A DNA stretch of 64,000 nucleotides from Vicinamibacterales bacterium (GTDB lineage Bacteria; Acidobacteriota; Vicinamibacteria; Vicinamibacterales; UBA8438). A model generated the notes under the pieces. The model was not told the origin of the DNA. It saw nothing but the letters and a program-made list of their open reading frames with translations, and ran no database searches. Numbering within the stretch: position 1 is the stretch's first letter; every line of letters begins with the position of its first letter. The stretch spans positions 154,664 through 218,663 of the forward strand of contig CBDAUL010000004.1 of the NCBI GenBank assembly GCA_965200475.1, given 5' to 3'. Positions 17,774-26,241 of this stretch are shown here, in pieces. The position numbers and the translations under genes are program-made.

Positions 17774-18406
17774 ATGCCGAAGGTCCCGCGGACGCCGCCG
17801 CCCGATCGGCTCGACGCGCTGCCGCCGGACGTTCACGTCCTGTCGGCCGGATCGACCGTCTGGCGGATCTATTTTCGCGGGGGGCGGCATCCCACGCGGT
17901 GGAACCGCTTCAGGCGGGTCGGACCCACCGACGCCCGCTTCGATCATCAGCTCGCACGACCGGGGAAGGACCGGGAACGGGCGGTCCTCTACGCGGCCGG
18001 CGACCCGGTGACCTGCTTCGCCGAGGTCTTCCAGAGGACCCGCCTCGTCAACCGCCGGCACAACGAGCCGTGGCTCGTCGGGTTCGAGACCGCCGTACCC
18101 GCCCCCCTGCTCGACCTGACTGGCGCCTTCGCCACGCGCGCCGGGGCGTCGATGGCCCTGATGACCGCCGCGCGGTCCGTGTCCCGGAGCTGGGCGCGCG
18201 CGTTCTACCAAGCCTATCCGGCCACCCACGGTCTCTACTACCCCTCGTCGATGCACGCCAATCGCCCGGCGATGGTCCTGACGGACCGCGCCGAGGCCGC
18301 CGGCGTCATGCCGGCGCGTCCGCGCTTCCATCGAGGGCTCTGCGACCCGGCACTGCTCTCCGTTCTGAAGAACATCGCGCGTGGAATCGGGTACGCCCTG
18401 CGCTGA
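17774..18406 (+). CDS. RES-domain toxin
   Basis: Ordered R...E...S signature contexts (GPTDARFD, TCFAEVF, LYYPSSM), with size and position typical of RES-Xre-type pairs. Confidence 0.65.
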   Translation: MPKVPRTPPPDRLDALPPDVHVLSAGSTVWRIYFRGGRHPTRWNRFRRVGPTDARFDHQLARPGKDRERAVLYAAGDPVTCFAEVFQRTRLVNRRHNEPWLVGFETAVPAPLLDLTGAFATRAGASMALMTAARSVSRSWARAFYQAYPATHGLYYPSSMHANRPAMVLTDRAEAAGVMPARPRFHRGLCDPALLSVLKNIARGIGYALR

Positions 18407-18542
18407 CCGCCGCGTTCGGAGGCCGCGGCGGTCCCCGGGGCGCCGGGCGTCCCGACGGCCGTCCCGGGCCGGCCCGAACCGCCCTCCTTTCGTCCCTGTG
18501 GCATGATGGACCCTGAGCCGCAGCCTGGAGACAGTGCCGCAC

Positions 18543-19268
18543 ATGGCTGAACCCGAGGTCAAGTCACCGTTCGGGACGTCCGGCCCCGCCCAACCGCTCA
18601 GCGCGGCGGCGACGACCACGCTGGAAAACGGCGACCGGCTCACGCGATGTGAGTTCGAGCGCCGCTACGCCCTGCGGCCGGATCTGAAGAAGGCGCAACT
18701 TGTCGAAGGAATCGTCTACATGCCGTCGCCCGTCAGCGTGGCCCATGCGGAACCGCACGCGATGATTCAAGCCGCCCTGCTGGTGTACGCCGCATCCACC
18801 CCGGGCGTCCACGGCTACGACAACGCCACGCTCCGTCTCGATCTCGATAACGAGCCGCAGCCCGACGTGCTGCTCCGCCTCGCCCCCGAGGCGGGCGGCC
18901 GGTCCCGCGTGAGCGACGACGGCTACCTGGAAGGCGCGCCGGAGTTGATCGTCGAGATCGCCGCCACTAGCGCGTCGATCGACCTCCACGACAAGCTCGG
19001 AGCCTACCGCCGCAACGGCGTGCAGGAGTACGTCGTCTGGCGCACCCAGGAACAACGCATCGACTGGTTCGAGCTGACGGACGGCGATTACCGCCCCCTG
19101 CCCGCCGACGAGGCCGGCGTCGTCCGCAGCCGCGTTTTCCCCGGCCTGCGCCTGGCCGTCCCTGCGCTGCTGGACAGCGACCTCGCCGCGGCGCTCCGGG
19201 AGCTGCAGGCCGGCATCGACTCCGACGAACGTCGCCGGTTCGCCGCCCGCCTGACGGAGCCGTCCTGA
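18543..19268 (+). CDS. Uma2 family endonuclease (DUF820-type)
   Basis: GAPELIVEIA.TS...D...K...Y...GV.EY.V motifs. Second Uma2 paralog in the window. GTG 18534 is an alternative start. Confidence 0.7.
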   Translation: MAEPEVKSPFGTSGPAQPLSAAATTTLENGDRLTRCEFERRYALRPDLKKAQLVEGIVYMPSPVSVAHAEPHAMIQAALLVYAASTPGVHGYDNATLRLDLDNEPQPDVLLRLAPEAGGRSRVSDDGYLEGAPELIVEIAATSASIDLHDKLGAYRRNGVQEYVVWRTQEQRIDWFELTDGDYRPLPADEAGVVRSRVFPGLRLAVPALLDSDLAAALRELQAGIDSDERRRFAARLTEPS

Positions 19269-19394
19269 ACCGAACGGGCTGGCGAGCTCGCGTCCCCGCG
19301 GTCCGGATTCGACGAGGGCCCGCGCGAGGGCGCCCGTGCCGCGCGTTTGCGGCGTGCCGGTAGGGCACCGAGCGTCAATCGAGCAACTTCGGTC

Positions 19395-19423
19395 TTGGAT
19401 TCCTGCGGGCCGGTGCCTACAAT
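19395..19423 (+). promoter_or_regulatory. Sigma70-like promoter TTGGAT-N17-TACAAT, 6 nt before ATG 19430 (possible leaderless mRNA)
   Basis: Hexamers and spacing read directly from the sequence. No RBS fits between the -10 and the ATG. Confidence 0.35.
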
Positions 19424-19429
19424 GGCGGG

Positions 19430-21856
19430 ATGAAACAGAGGATGCACGAATCCGTCCTCGGGATCGGAGTCGTGCGCGCGGGCGTGGCCCTGACCGTGCT
19501 CGTCGGCCTGCCCGCCGCATCGTCCGCGCAGCAGCCGGCGGCACATGCGGAAGCGTCGCCTGCGGCGGCCGCTGCCGCGCCAACCCCGTCGGCGGCGGCC
19601 GGCCGCCGCCTGCTGGATCGCTATTGCCTGACCTGCCACAACGAGCGGCTCGAGACGGCCGGCCTGAGCCTCGAGGCCCTCGACCTCGCCCACGTCGCCG
19701 CCGACGCCGCGGTGTGGGAGCAGGTGGTGCAGAAGCTGCGCACGGGCACGATGCCGCCGTCCAACCGGCCTCAGCCGCCCGCGGGCGAGCGCCAGGCCAT
19801 GCTCGCCTGGCTGGAAACGTCGCTCGACGCCGCCGCGGACGCGCACCCGAATCCGGGCCGCACGGAAACGTTGCGGCGGCTCAACCGGACCGAGTACCGC
19901 AACGCCATCCGCGACCTGCTGGCGCTCGACATCGATGCCGAGGCCCTGCTGCCGCCGGACGAGAGCGGCCACGGCTTCGACAACGTCACCGTGGGCGATC
20001 TGCCCCCGGCGCTGCTGGACCGCTACATCTCGGCGGCGCGCAGCATCAGCCGGCTGGCAGTCGGCGCCGCGCGCTCGTCGGTCGACAGCACCGTCGTCCG
20101 CGTGCCGCCGGACGTGACCCAGGAAGCCCACGTCCCCGGACTGCCCATCGGCACCCGCGGCGGCGCGCTCGTCTCGCACACGTTCCCGCAGGACGGCGAG
20201 TACGACATCCAGGTGCGCCTCGCGCGCAATCGCAGCGGCAACATCGGGGGCCTGCGCGATCCGCGGCCGCACACGCTGGAGCTGCTGCTCGACCGCGTGC
20301 CGGTCGCGAGCTTCACGGTGGCCAGGCCGCCCGGCGGCGACGACACGCTGCTCGACCGCGACCTGAAGGTGCGAGTGCCGGTCGCCGCCGGACCGCACGC
20401 GCTCGGCGTCACGTTCCCCAGGGACGGCGGCTCGTTGATCGAGACCGAGCGCCAGCCGCTCCAGTCGCACTTCAACGAGCAGCGTCACCCGCGGCAGACG
20501 CCGGCGATCTACCAGGTGACCATCACCGGACCCTATGCGCCGCAGGGCGCCGGCGACACGCCGAGCCGCAAGCGGCTCTTCGTGTGCCGGCCGGACGTGC
20601 CGGCCGACGAGGAAGCGTGCGCGGCGGAGATCCTCTCGAAGCTGGCGCGCCGCGCCTACCGCCGCCCCGTATCGGCTGCGGACATCGACGGACCGCTGGC
20701 GTTCTATCGGGACGGACGGGCCGCGGGCAGCTTCGACGACGGGATCGAGAGAGCGCTGGCCGCGGTGCTCATCAACCCCGAGTTCCTGTTCCGCGTGGAG
20801 CTGGATCCCGAGGGGGCGACCGCGGGCGAAGCCTACCGCGTCAGCGATCTGGAGTTGGCCTCCCGCCTGTCGTTCTTCCTCTGGAGCAGCGTGCCCGACG
20901 ACGAGCTGCTCGACGCGGCCGAGCGCGGCGTGCTGAGCCAGCCGGAGGAGCTGGAGCGGCAGGCGCGCCGGATGCTGGCCGACCCGCGCTCGTACAACCT
21001 CGCGCGCAACTTCGCCGGGCAGTGGCTGCAGCTCCGGAACCTGGCGTCGCTCAGCCCGAACACGCGCCTGTTTCCGGACTTCGACGACAACCTGCGGCAG
21101 GCCTTCCGCGAGGAGACCGAGCGCTTCTTCGACAGCGTCGTGCGCGAAGGCGGCGGCGTGCTCGACCTGCTGAGCACCGACTACACCTTCCTGAACGAGC
21201 GGCTGGCGAAGCACTACGGCATCCCGAACGTCTACGGCACGCGCTTCCGGCGGGTGGAGCTCGACGCCGCCAGCCGGCGCGGCGGCCTGCTGCGCCACGG
21301 CAGCATCCTGTCGATCACGTCCTACGCGACGCGGACATCGCCCGTGATTCGCGGGGTGTGGGTGCTCTCGAACATCTTCGGCGCCCCGCCGCCGCCGCCG
21401 CTGCCGAACGTGCCGACGCTGGAGGAGGCCGCCGTGGCCGCCGACCTCCCGATGCGGGAGCGTCTGGCCGCGCATCGCGGCAACCCGGCCTGCGCGAGCT
21501 GCCACCGCACCATCGACCCGGTCGGGTTCGCGCTCGAGAACTTCGACGCCCTCGGCCGCTGGCGCGATCACGAGGGCGACATTGCCTCGATCGACGTGTC
21601 CGGACGGCTGCCCCTCGTGGGCGAGTTCGACGGCGTGGACGGCCTCGAGGCGGGCCTGATGAGCCGGCCGGACCTGTTCGCCGGCACCATCACCGAGAAG
21701 CTGCTGACGTTCGCGCTCGGGCGCGGCGTCGAGCACTACGACGCGCCGGCCGTCCGCCGGATTCTGCGCGCCGCCGAGGCGGACGGCTACCGCCTGTCGT
21801 CGCTCATCGTGGGAATCGTCGAGAGTGTCCCGTTTCAGATGAGGAGATCGTCATGA
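19430..21856 (+). CDS. DUF1592/DUF1588/DUF1585-type protein with CxxCH motifs (planctomycete PSD/PSCyt-domain family), full length
   Basis: 808 aa with a signal peptide. N-terminal YCLTCHN and C-terminal ACASCH...DPVGFALENFD motifs. The stop overlaps the DUF1552 start (ATGA). Confidence 0.85.
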   Translation: MKQRMHESVLGIGVVRAGVALTVLVGLPAASSAQQPAAHAEASPAAAAAAPTPSAAAGRRLLDRYCLTCHNERLETAGLSLEALDLAHVAADAAVWEQVVQKLRTGTMPPSNRPQPPAGERQAMLAWLETSLDAAADAHPNPGRTETLRRLNRTEYRNAIRDLLALDIDAEALLPPDESGHGFDNVTVGDLPPALLDRYISAARSISRLAVGAARSSVDSTVVRVPPDVTQEAHVPGLPIGTRGGALVSHTFPQDGEYDIQVRLARNRSGNIGGLRDPRPHTLELLLDRVPVASFTVARPPGGDDTLLDRDLKVRVPVAAGPHALGVTFPRDGGSLIETERQPLQSHFNEQRHPRQTPAIYQVTITGPYAPQGAGDTPSRKRLFVCRPDVPADEEACAAEILSKLARRAYRRPVSAADIDGPLAFYRDGRAAGSFDDGIERALAAVLINPEFLFRVELDPEGATAGEAYRVSDLELASRLSFFLWSSVPDDELLDAAERGVLSQPEELERQARRMLADPRSYNLARNFAGQWLQLRNLASLSPNTRLFPDFDDNLRQAFREETERFFDSVVREGGGVLDLLSTDYTFLNERLAKHYGIPNVYGTRFRRVELDAASRRGGLLRHGSILSITSYATRTSPVIRGVWVLSNIFGAPPPPPLPNVPTLEEAAVAADLPMRERLAAHRGNPACASCHRTIDPVGFALENFDALGRWRDHEGDIASIDVSGRLPLVGEFDGVDGLEAGLMSRPDLFAGTITEKLLTFALGRGVEHYDAPAVRRILRAAEADGYRLSSLIVGIVESVPFQMRRSS

Positions 21857-23196
21857 TCATCACGAAGAAGGCCCTTCCCCGGCGCACGTTCCTGAAGGGG
21901 ATGCAGGCCACCCTCGCGCTGCCCCTGCTCGACGCGATGATTCCCGCGGCGACGGCGCTGGCGAAGACGCCGGCCAGGCCGGTGTCCCGACTTGGCTTCG
22001 TGTTCATTCCGATGGGCTGCGACCACGGCCGCTGGACGCCGGCGGACGCGGACCGGCTCGGCGCGCTGCCGCCGATCCTGAGCCCCCTCGAGCCGGTCAA
22101 GGAACAGCTCACGGTGGTGACCAACCTCGAGCTGGAGCTCTCCTATCCGGGCACCCACGACACGTCGAATTCGGGGTTCCTCAGCGCGGCCTACGCCAAG
22201 CACACCGAGAGCTCCGACTACCACCTGGGCACGACGGTCGACCAGATCGCGGCCGGCAAGATCGGACAGGACACGCAGTTGCCGTCGCTGCAACTGTCGA
22301 TGGACCTGAGCCCCCTCGCCGGCGTGTGCAACAACGGCTACGCCTGCGTCTACCAGAACTGCCTGTCGTGGTCCTCGCCGACGACGCCGCTGCCCGCCGA
22401 GGCGCATCCGCGCATCGTCTTCGAGCGCCTCTTCGGCGAGGGCGGCACGGCCGCCGAGCGGCAGGCCGCGCTGCACAGCCGCGGCAGCCTGCTCGACGCG
22501 TTCAGCGCCGACATCGCGCGCCTCAAGCGCGCGGTGGGCGCGACCGACCGGGCCCGCGTCGACCAGTACCTGGACAGCATCCGGGAGGTCGAGCGCCAGA
22601 TCCGGCGGGCCGAAGACGGCGCCGCCGACAACCTGCTGCCCGACGTGGACCGCCCGGTAGGCGTCCCGGCGGCGTTCGCGGACCACGCGAAGCTCATGTT
22701 CGACCTGCAGTTCCTGGCCTTCCAGGCGGACATCACGCGGGTCGTCAGCTTCCAGCTCACGCGCGAGCTCAGCAACCGGACCTATCCCGAGATTGGCGTG
22801 CCCGACCCGCACCACCCGACCAGCCACCACGGGAACGACCCGGAGAAGCTGCTCAAGATCTCCAAGATCAACACGTTCCATGTGTCGCTGTTCGCGGAGT
22901 TCCTCGAGAAGCTGAAGACCACGCCGGACGGCGACGGCTCGCTGCTCGACAACACCGTCTACCTGTACGGCAGCGGGATGGGCAACTCCAGCCTGCACGA
23001 CCACGAGAACCTGCCGATCCTGGTCGCCGGGGGCGCCGCGTGCGGCCTGCGCGGCGGACGGCACGTCCGCTACGACACGGGCACGCCGCTCGCCAACCTG
23101 CACCTGACGCTGCTCGACCGCGTCGGGGTCCGACTGGATTCGTTCGGCGACAGCACCGGGCGGATCGAGACCCTGGTCGACGCCGTGCCCGTGTAA
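21853..23196 (+). CDS. DUF1552 (HxxSHH-motif) family protein with twin-arginine-like signal
   Basis: MIITKKALPRRTFLKGMQATLALP N-terminus. HHPTSHH motif. Colinear with 728..2077. Confidence 0.85.
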   Translation: MIITKKALPRRTFLKGMQATLALPLLDAMIPAATALAKTPARPVSRLGFVFIPMGCDHGRWTPADADRLGALPPILSPLEPVKEQLTVVTNLELELSYPGTHDTSNSGFLSAAYAKHTESSDYHLGTTVDQIAAGKIGQDTQLPSLQLSMDLSPLAGVCNNGYACVYQNCLSWSSPTTPLPAEAHPRIVFERLFGEGGTAAERQAALHSRGSLLDAFSADIARLKRAVGATDRARVDQYLDSIREVERQIRRAEDGAADNLLPDVDRPVGVPAAFADHAKLMFDLQFLAFQADITRVVSFQLTRELSNRTYPEIGVPDPHHPTSHHGNDPEKLLKISKINTFHVSLFAEFLEKLKTTPDGDGSLLDNTVYLYGSGMGNSSLHDHENLPILVAGGAACGLRGGRHVRYDTGTPLANLHLTLLDRVGVRLDSFGDSTGRIETLVDAVPV

Positions 23197-23233
23197 ACAG
23201 GTCCGGCCAGGAGTCTGCACCAGGAGACGACCC

Positions 23234-24826
23234 ATGGATTGGCGACGAATCGCTGCACTCTCCATCCTGGCGCTCGCCGCGGCGAGCGCCGCCGCGGCCG
23301 CCGAAGACGCGGAGCTGGCCGACGCCGCCGAGCGGCAGCAGGATGCGCTCGTCCGCACGCTGCTCGCCGGGGGCGCGGACGTGAACGCCGCGCAGGTCGA
23401 CGGCACGACGGCCCTGCACTGGGCGGCGTACCACGACGACCTGGAGACGGCACGCCGGCTGCTCGCCGCGGGCGCGGCCGCCGACGCGCTGAACCGCTAC
23501 GGCGTGCCGGCGCTGTCGCTCGCCGCCGGCAACGGCAACGCCGCGCTCGTGCGGCTCCTGCTCGAGGCCGGCGCCGATCCGAACGCCGCGCTGCTGGGAG
23601 GCGAGACCGTGCTGATGACGGCCGCCCGGACGGGCAGTCTGGCGGCCGTGAAGGCCCTGCTGGCCGGCGGCGCCAACCCGGACGCGCGGGAGCGCCGCGA
23701 GCAGACCGCGCTGATGTGGGCGGCGGCCGAGGGCCACGCGGGGATCGTCGACGCCCTCATCGCGGCCGGGGCCGACGTGCACGCCTCGCTGGAATCCGGC
23801 TTCAACCCGCTGCTCTTCGCCGTGCGCGGGGGCCGCATCGACGTCGTGCACCGGCTGCTCGCCGCCGGCGTCGACGTGAACGCGGCCATCGAGCGGACGG
23901 CGGAGCAGCCGACCGAGCTGGTCAACAACGCCAGCTACCGGCCGGTGGACGAGGGCATGAGCCCGCTGGCGCTCGCCGTCCGCAACGGCCACTTCGAGCT
24001 CGCCGTGGCGCTGATCGACGCCGGGGCCGATCCGAACGACCAGCGCACGGGCTTCGCCCCGCTGCACACGATGTCGTGGGTGCGCAAGCCCGACGCTAGC
24101 GACCGCGGCGACCCGCCGCCCATCGGCTCCGGAAAGCTCACGGGCCTCGAGTTCGTCCGCGAGCTCGTGGCGCGCGGCTCCGACGTGAACGGCCGCCTGC
24201 AGACCGCCGGCGTCCGTCCGCCCCACACCGCGTCGGAATTGGAGATGGAAGGGGCCACGGCCTTCCTCATGGCCGCGGACCGGGCGGACGTCCCGCTGAT
24301 GCGCGTGTTGCTCGAGCTCGGCGCCGACCCGCTGCTGCCGAACGCCGCCGGCTCCACGCCGCTGATGGCGGCGGCCGGGCTCGGCACGCGGGCTCCGGAG
24401 GAAGAGGCCGGCTCGGAGCCGGAGGCCCGCGACGCCGTGCAGTTCCTGCTCGACCTGGGCGCCGACATCGACGCCGTGGACGAGATCGGCAATACGGCCA
24501 TGCACGGCGCGGCGTACGGCAGCTTCCCGACCGTGGTGCAGCTGCTGGCGGACAACGGCGCGGACATCCGCGTCTGGAACAAGCCGGAGGCGAACGGCCG
24601 CACGCCGCTGTTCATCGCGGAGGGCTACCGCGACGGCTTGCCCCGTCCATCGCGTCCGACGATGGAGGCCATCGCGACCCTCATGGTCGGCGCGGGCATC
24701 CCGACGGACGGACCGCGACCGGAGTTCATCGACCAGTACTCGCGGCCGGCCCCGCCGCCGCCCGCGACGCCGGAGAAACGGGAGAAGTCCGAGCAGTCGG
24801 TGCAGGCGAAGCCGCAGGTGCAGTAG
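23234..24826 (+). CDS. Secreted ankyrin-repeat protein
   Basis: Signal peptide (IAALSILALAAASAAAAA) followed by many ankyrin repeats (TALHWAAYHDDLETARRLLAAGAA...). Paralog of 2165..3691 in the same position after DUF1552. Confidence 0.85.
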   Translation: MDWRRIAALSILALAAASAAAAAEDAELADAAERQQDALVRTLLAGGADVNAAQVDGTTALHWAAYHDDLETARRLLAAGAAADALNRYGVPALSLAAGNGNAALVRLLLEAGADPNAALLGGETVLMTAARTGSLAAVKALLAGGANPDARERREQTALMWAAAEGHAGIVDALIAAGADVHASLESGFNPLLFAVRGGRIDVVHRLLAAGVDVNAAIERTAEQPTELVNNASYRPVDEGMSPLALAVRNGHFELAVALIDAGADPNDQRTGFAPLHTMSWVRKPDASDRGDPPPIGSGKLTGLEFVRELVARGSDVNGRLQTAGVRPPHTASELEMEGATAFLMAADRADVPLMRVLLELGADPLLPNAAGSTPLMAAAGLGTRAPEEEAGSEPEARDAVQFLLDLGADIDAVDEIGNTAMHGAAYGSFPTVVQLLADNGADIRVWNKPEANGRTPLFIAEGYRDGLPRPSRPTMEAIATLMVGAGIPTDGPRPEFIDQYSRPAPPPPATPEKREKSEQSVQAKPQVQ

Positions 24827-24835
24827 TAGTTGCAA

Positions 24836-25023
24836 TCAGACGGGGCTGCGCCCCGAACCCCCCGGCGTCCGCTTGCGGGCAGCCCTGCGCCCCGCGACGC
24901 TACCGACGGGGCGCGCTGTGCGCAGCTTCAATCCGCCGGGGCTTTGCCCCGAACCCCCGGCGTTCGCTTGCCGGGACCCCACAGCGACGCTACCGCCGAG
25001 GCGCGCTGTACGCGCCTTGCCAG
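24836..25023 (-). repeat. Two tandem REP-like repeat copies (R2 24836..24929, R3 24930..25023)
   Basis: The two copies align with each other and with the reverse complement of 8338..8436. Each carries a GGGGC..GCCCC hairpin core. They fill a convergent-gene gap. Confidence 0.75.
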
Positions 25024-25048
25024 AGTTTGCACCGTTGTAGCCGGCGCG

Positions 25049-26170
25049 TCACCGCGCGTGGACGAAGCGCTGGACTCGGCGGCCGTCGAGCGTGTCCCCC
25101 ACGTACAGGTTGCCCCGCGAGTCGAGCGCCAGGCTGTGCGGCGACTCGAACTGGCCGGCCCAGCGGCCGCGGCGGCCGAACGACGCCACGGCCTCGAGCG
25201 TGTCGCGGTCGAGCGTGTGCACGCGGTGCGAGCGCCCGTCGGCCACGACCAGCAGGCTCTGCTCGGCGTCGGTCGACAGCCCGATGTCCCACGGGTAGCC
25301 GCCCACCTGCCCGCCGCGCAGCGGCGCCTCGACGAGCGCCTCCTTGACGAACGCCCCGTCGCTGTCGAACACCTGGATGCGCTGGTTGCCGCGGTCGCAG
25401 ACGTAGACCATGCCGTCGCTGGCGCCGGCGACGCAGTGCGGCGTGTCGAACTGCGGGGGCGGCGGGTCGCCCCGGCTGAACCCGCCGGCCGCCGCGTCGT
25501 CGGGCGGGTTGCCGTACGCGCCCCAGTGCCGCTTGTAGTCGCCCGTCGCGGCGTCGAAGACGATCACGCGGCGGTTCGTGTAGCCGTCGCTGATGAACAC
25601 CTCGTTGGCCCCGGCGTCGACCCAGATGTCGGTGGGCTGACCGAGGAACGTCGTGCTGTTGCTCCCCTCGGTGCCCATCCCGAAGTCGCCGATCTGCAGC
25701 AGGCAGTCCCCCGCCGGCGTCAGCTTCACGACCAGTGCGTTGTCGGTCGTCGCCCGCGAGGAGAGGTCGTAGGGCAGGCCGCCCCCGAAGCCCACCCAGA
25801 CGTTGTCCTCGTGGTCGACGTAGATGCCGTGCGTCTGCGTCCCCCAGTCGCAGTCGCCGCCCGGGTCGCCCCAACTGTGGACCACGGCGCCGTCCTGGCC
25901 GAACGCGATGACCGGGGGCGTGTCCTCGCCGCCGCGCTGGCTGTTCGGGCGGTGGATGATCCACACGTTGTCGCCCGAGTCGACGGCCACGCCCACGACG
26001 TTGCCCAGGAGCCAGTCGCCCGGGAGGTCCTGCGGCCAGTGGGGATCGACCTGGAACGTCCCGTCGGACGGACGCGGAGGAGCCTGCGAGGCCACTGCGC
26101 CGTGGACGGCAAGGACGAAGGCGAGCGCCAGGACCGCCGCGGCGCAACCGATGCTCGATACCGGTCTCAT
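25049..26170 (-). CDS. Secreted NHL-repeat six-bladed beta-propeller protein (peptidyl-alpha-hydroxyglycine lyase-like family by motif)
   Basis: GAGGAG RBS and signal peptide. Repeated blades occur (VAVDSGDNVWIIHR, GIYVDHEDNVWVG, DIWVDAGANEVFISDGYTNRRVIVFD, GMVYVCDRGNQRIQVFD, GNLYVGDTLDGRRVQRF). Confidence 0.7.
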   Translation of the reverse strand: MRPVSSIGCAAAVLALAFVLAVHGAVASQAPPRPSDGTFQVDPHWPQDLPGDWLLGNVVGVAVDSGDNVWIIHRPNSQRGGEDTPPVIAFGQDGAVVHSWGDPGGDCDWGTQTHGIYVDHEDNVWVGFGGGLPYDLSSRATTDNALVVKLTPAGDCLLQIGDFGMGTEGSNSTTFLGQPTDIWVDAGANEVFISDGYTNRRVIVFDAATGDYKRHWGAYGNPPDDAAAGGFSRGDPPPPQFDTPHCVAGASDGMVYVCDRGNQRIQVFDSDGAFVKEALVEAPLRGGQVGGYPWDIGLSTDAEQSLLVVADGRSHRVHTLDRDTLEAVASFGRRGRWAGQFESPHSLALDSRGNLYVGDTLDGRRVQRFVHAR

Positions 26171-26241
26171 GCTGTGCTCCTCACTCGCGCGACCGCGCCC
26201 GGAACGCCGCGCCGACCGCGCGGCGCCACGCGCGCCGCCGC

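Noticed and set aside
24836-25023. Tandem repeats considered as a possible CRISPR array.
   Set aside because: There are only two directly abutting ~94-nt units with no spacers. The same unit occurs singly elsewhere (8338..8436). There are no cas genes. It behaves as a REP-like element instead.
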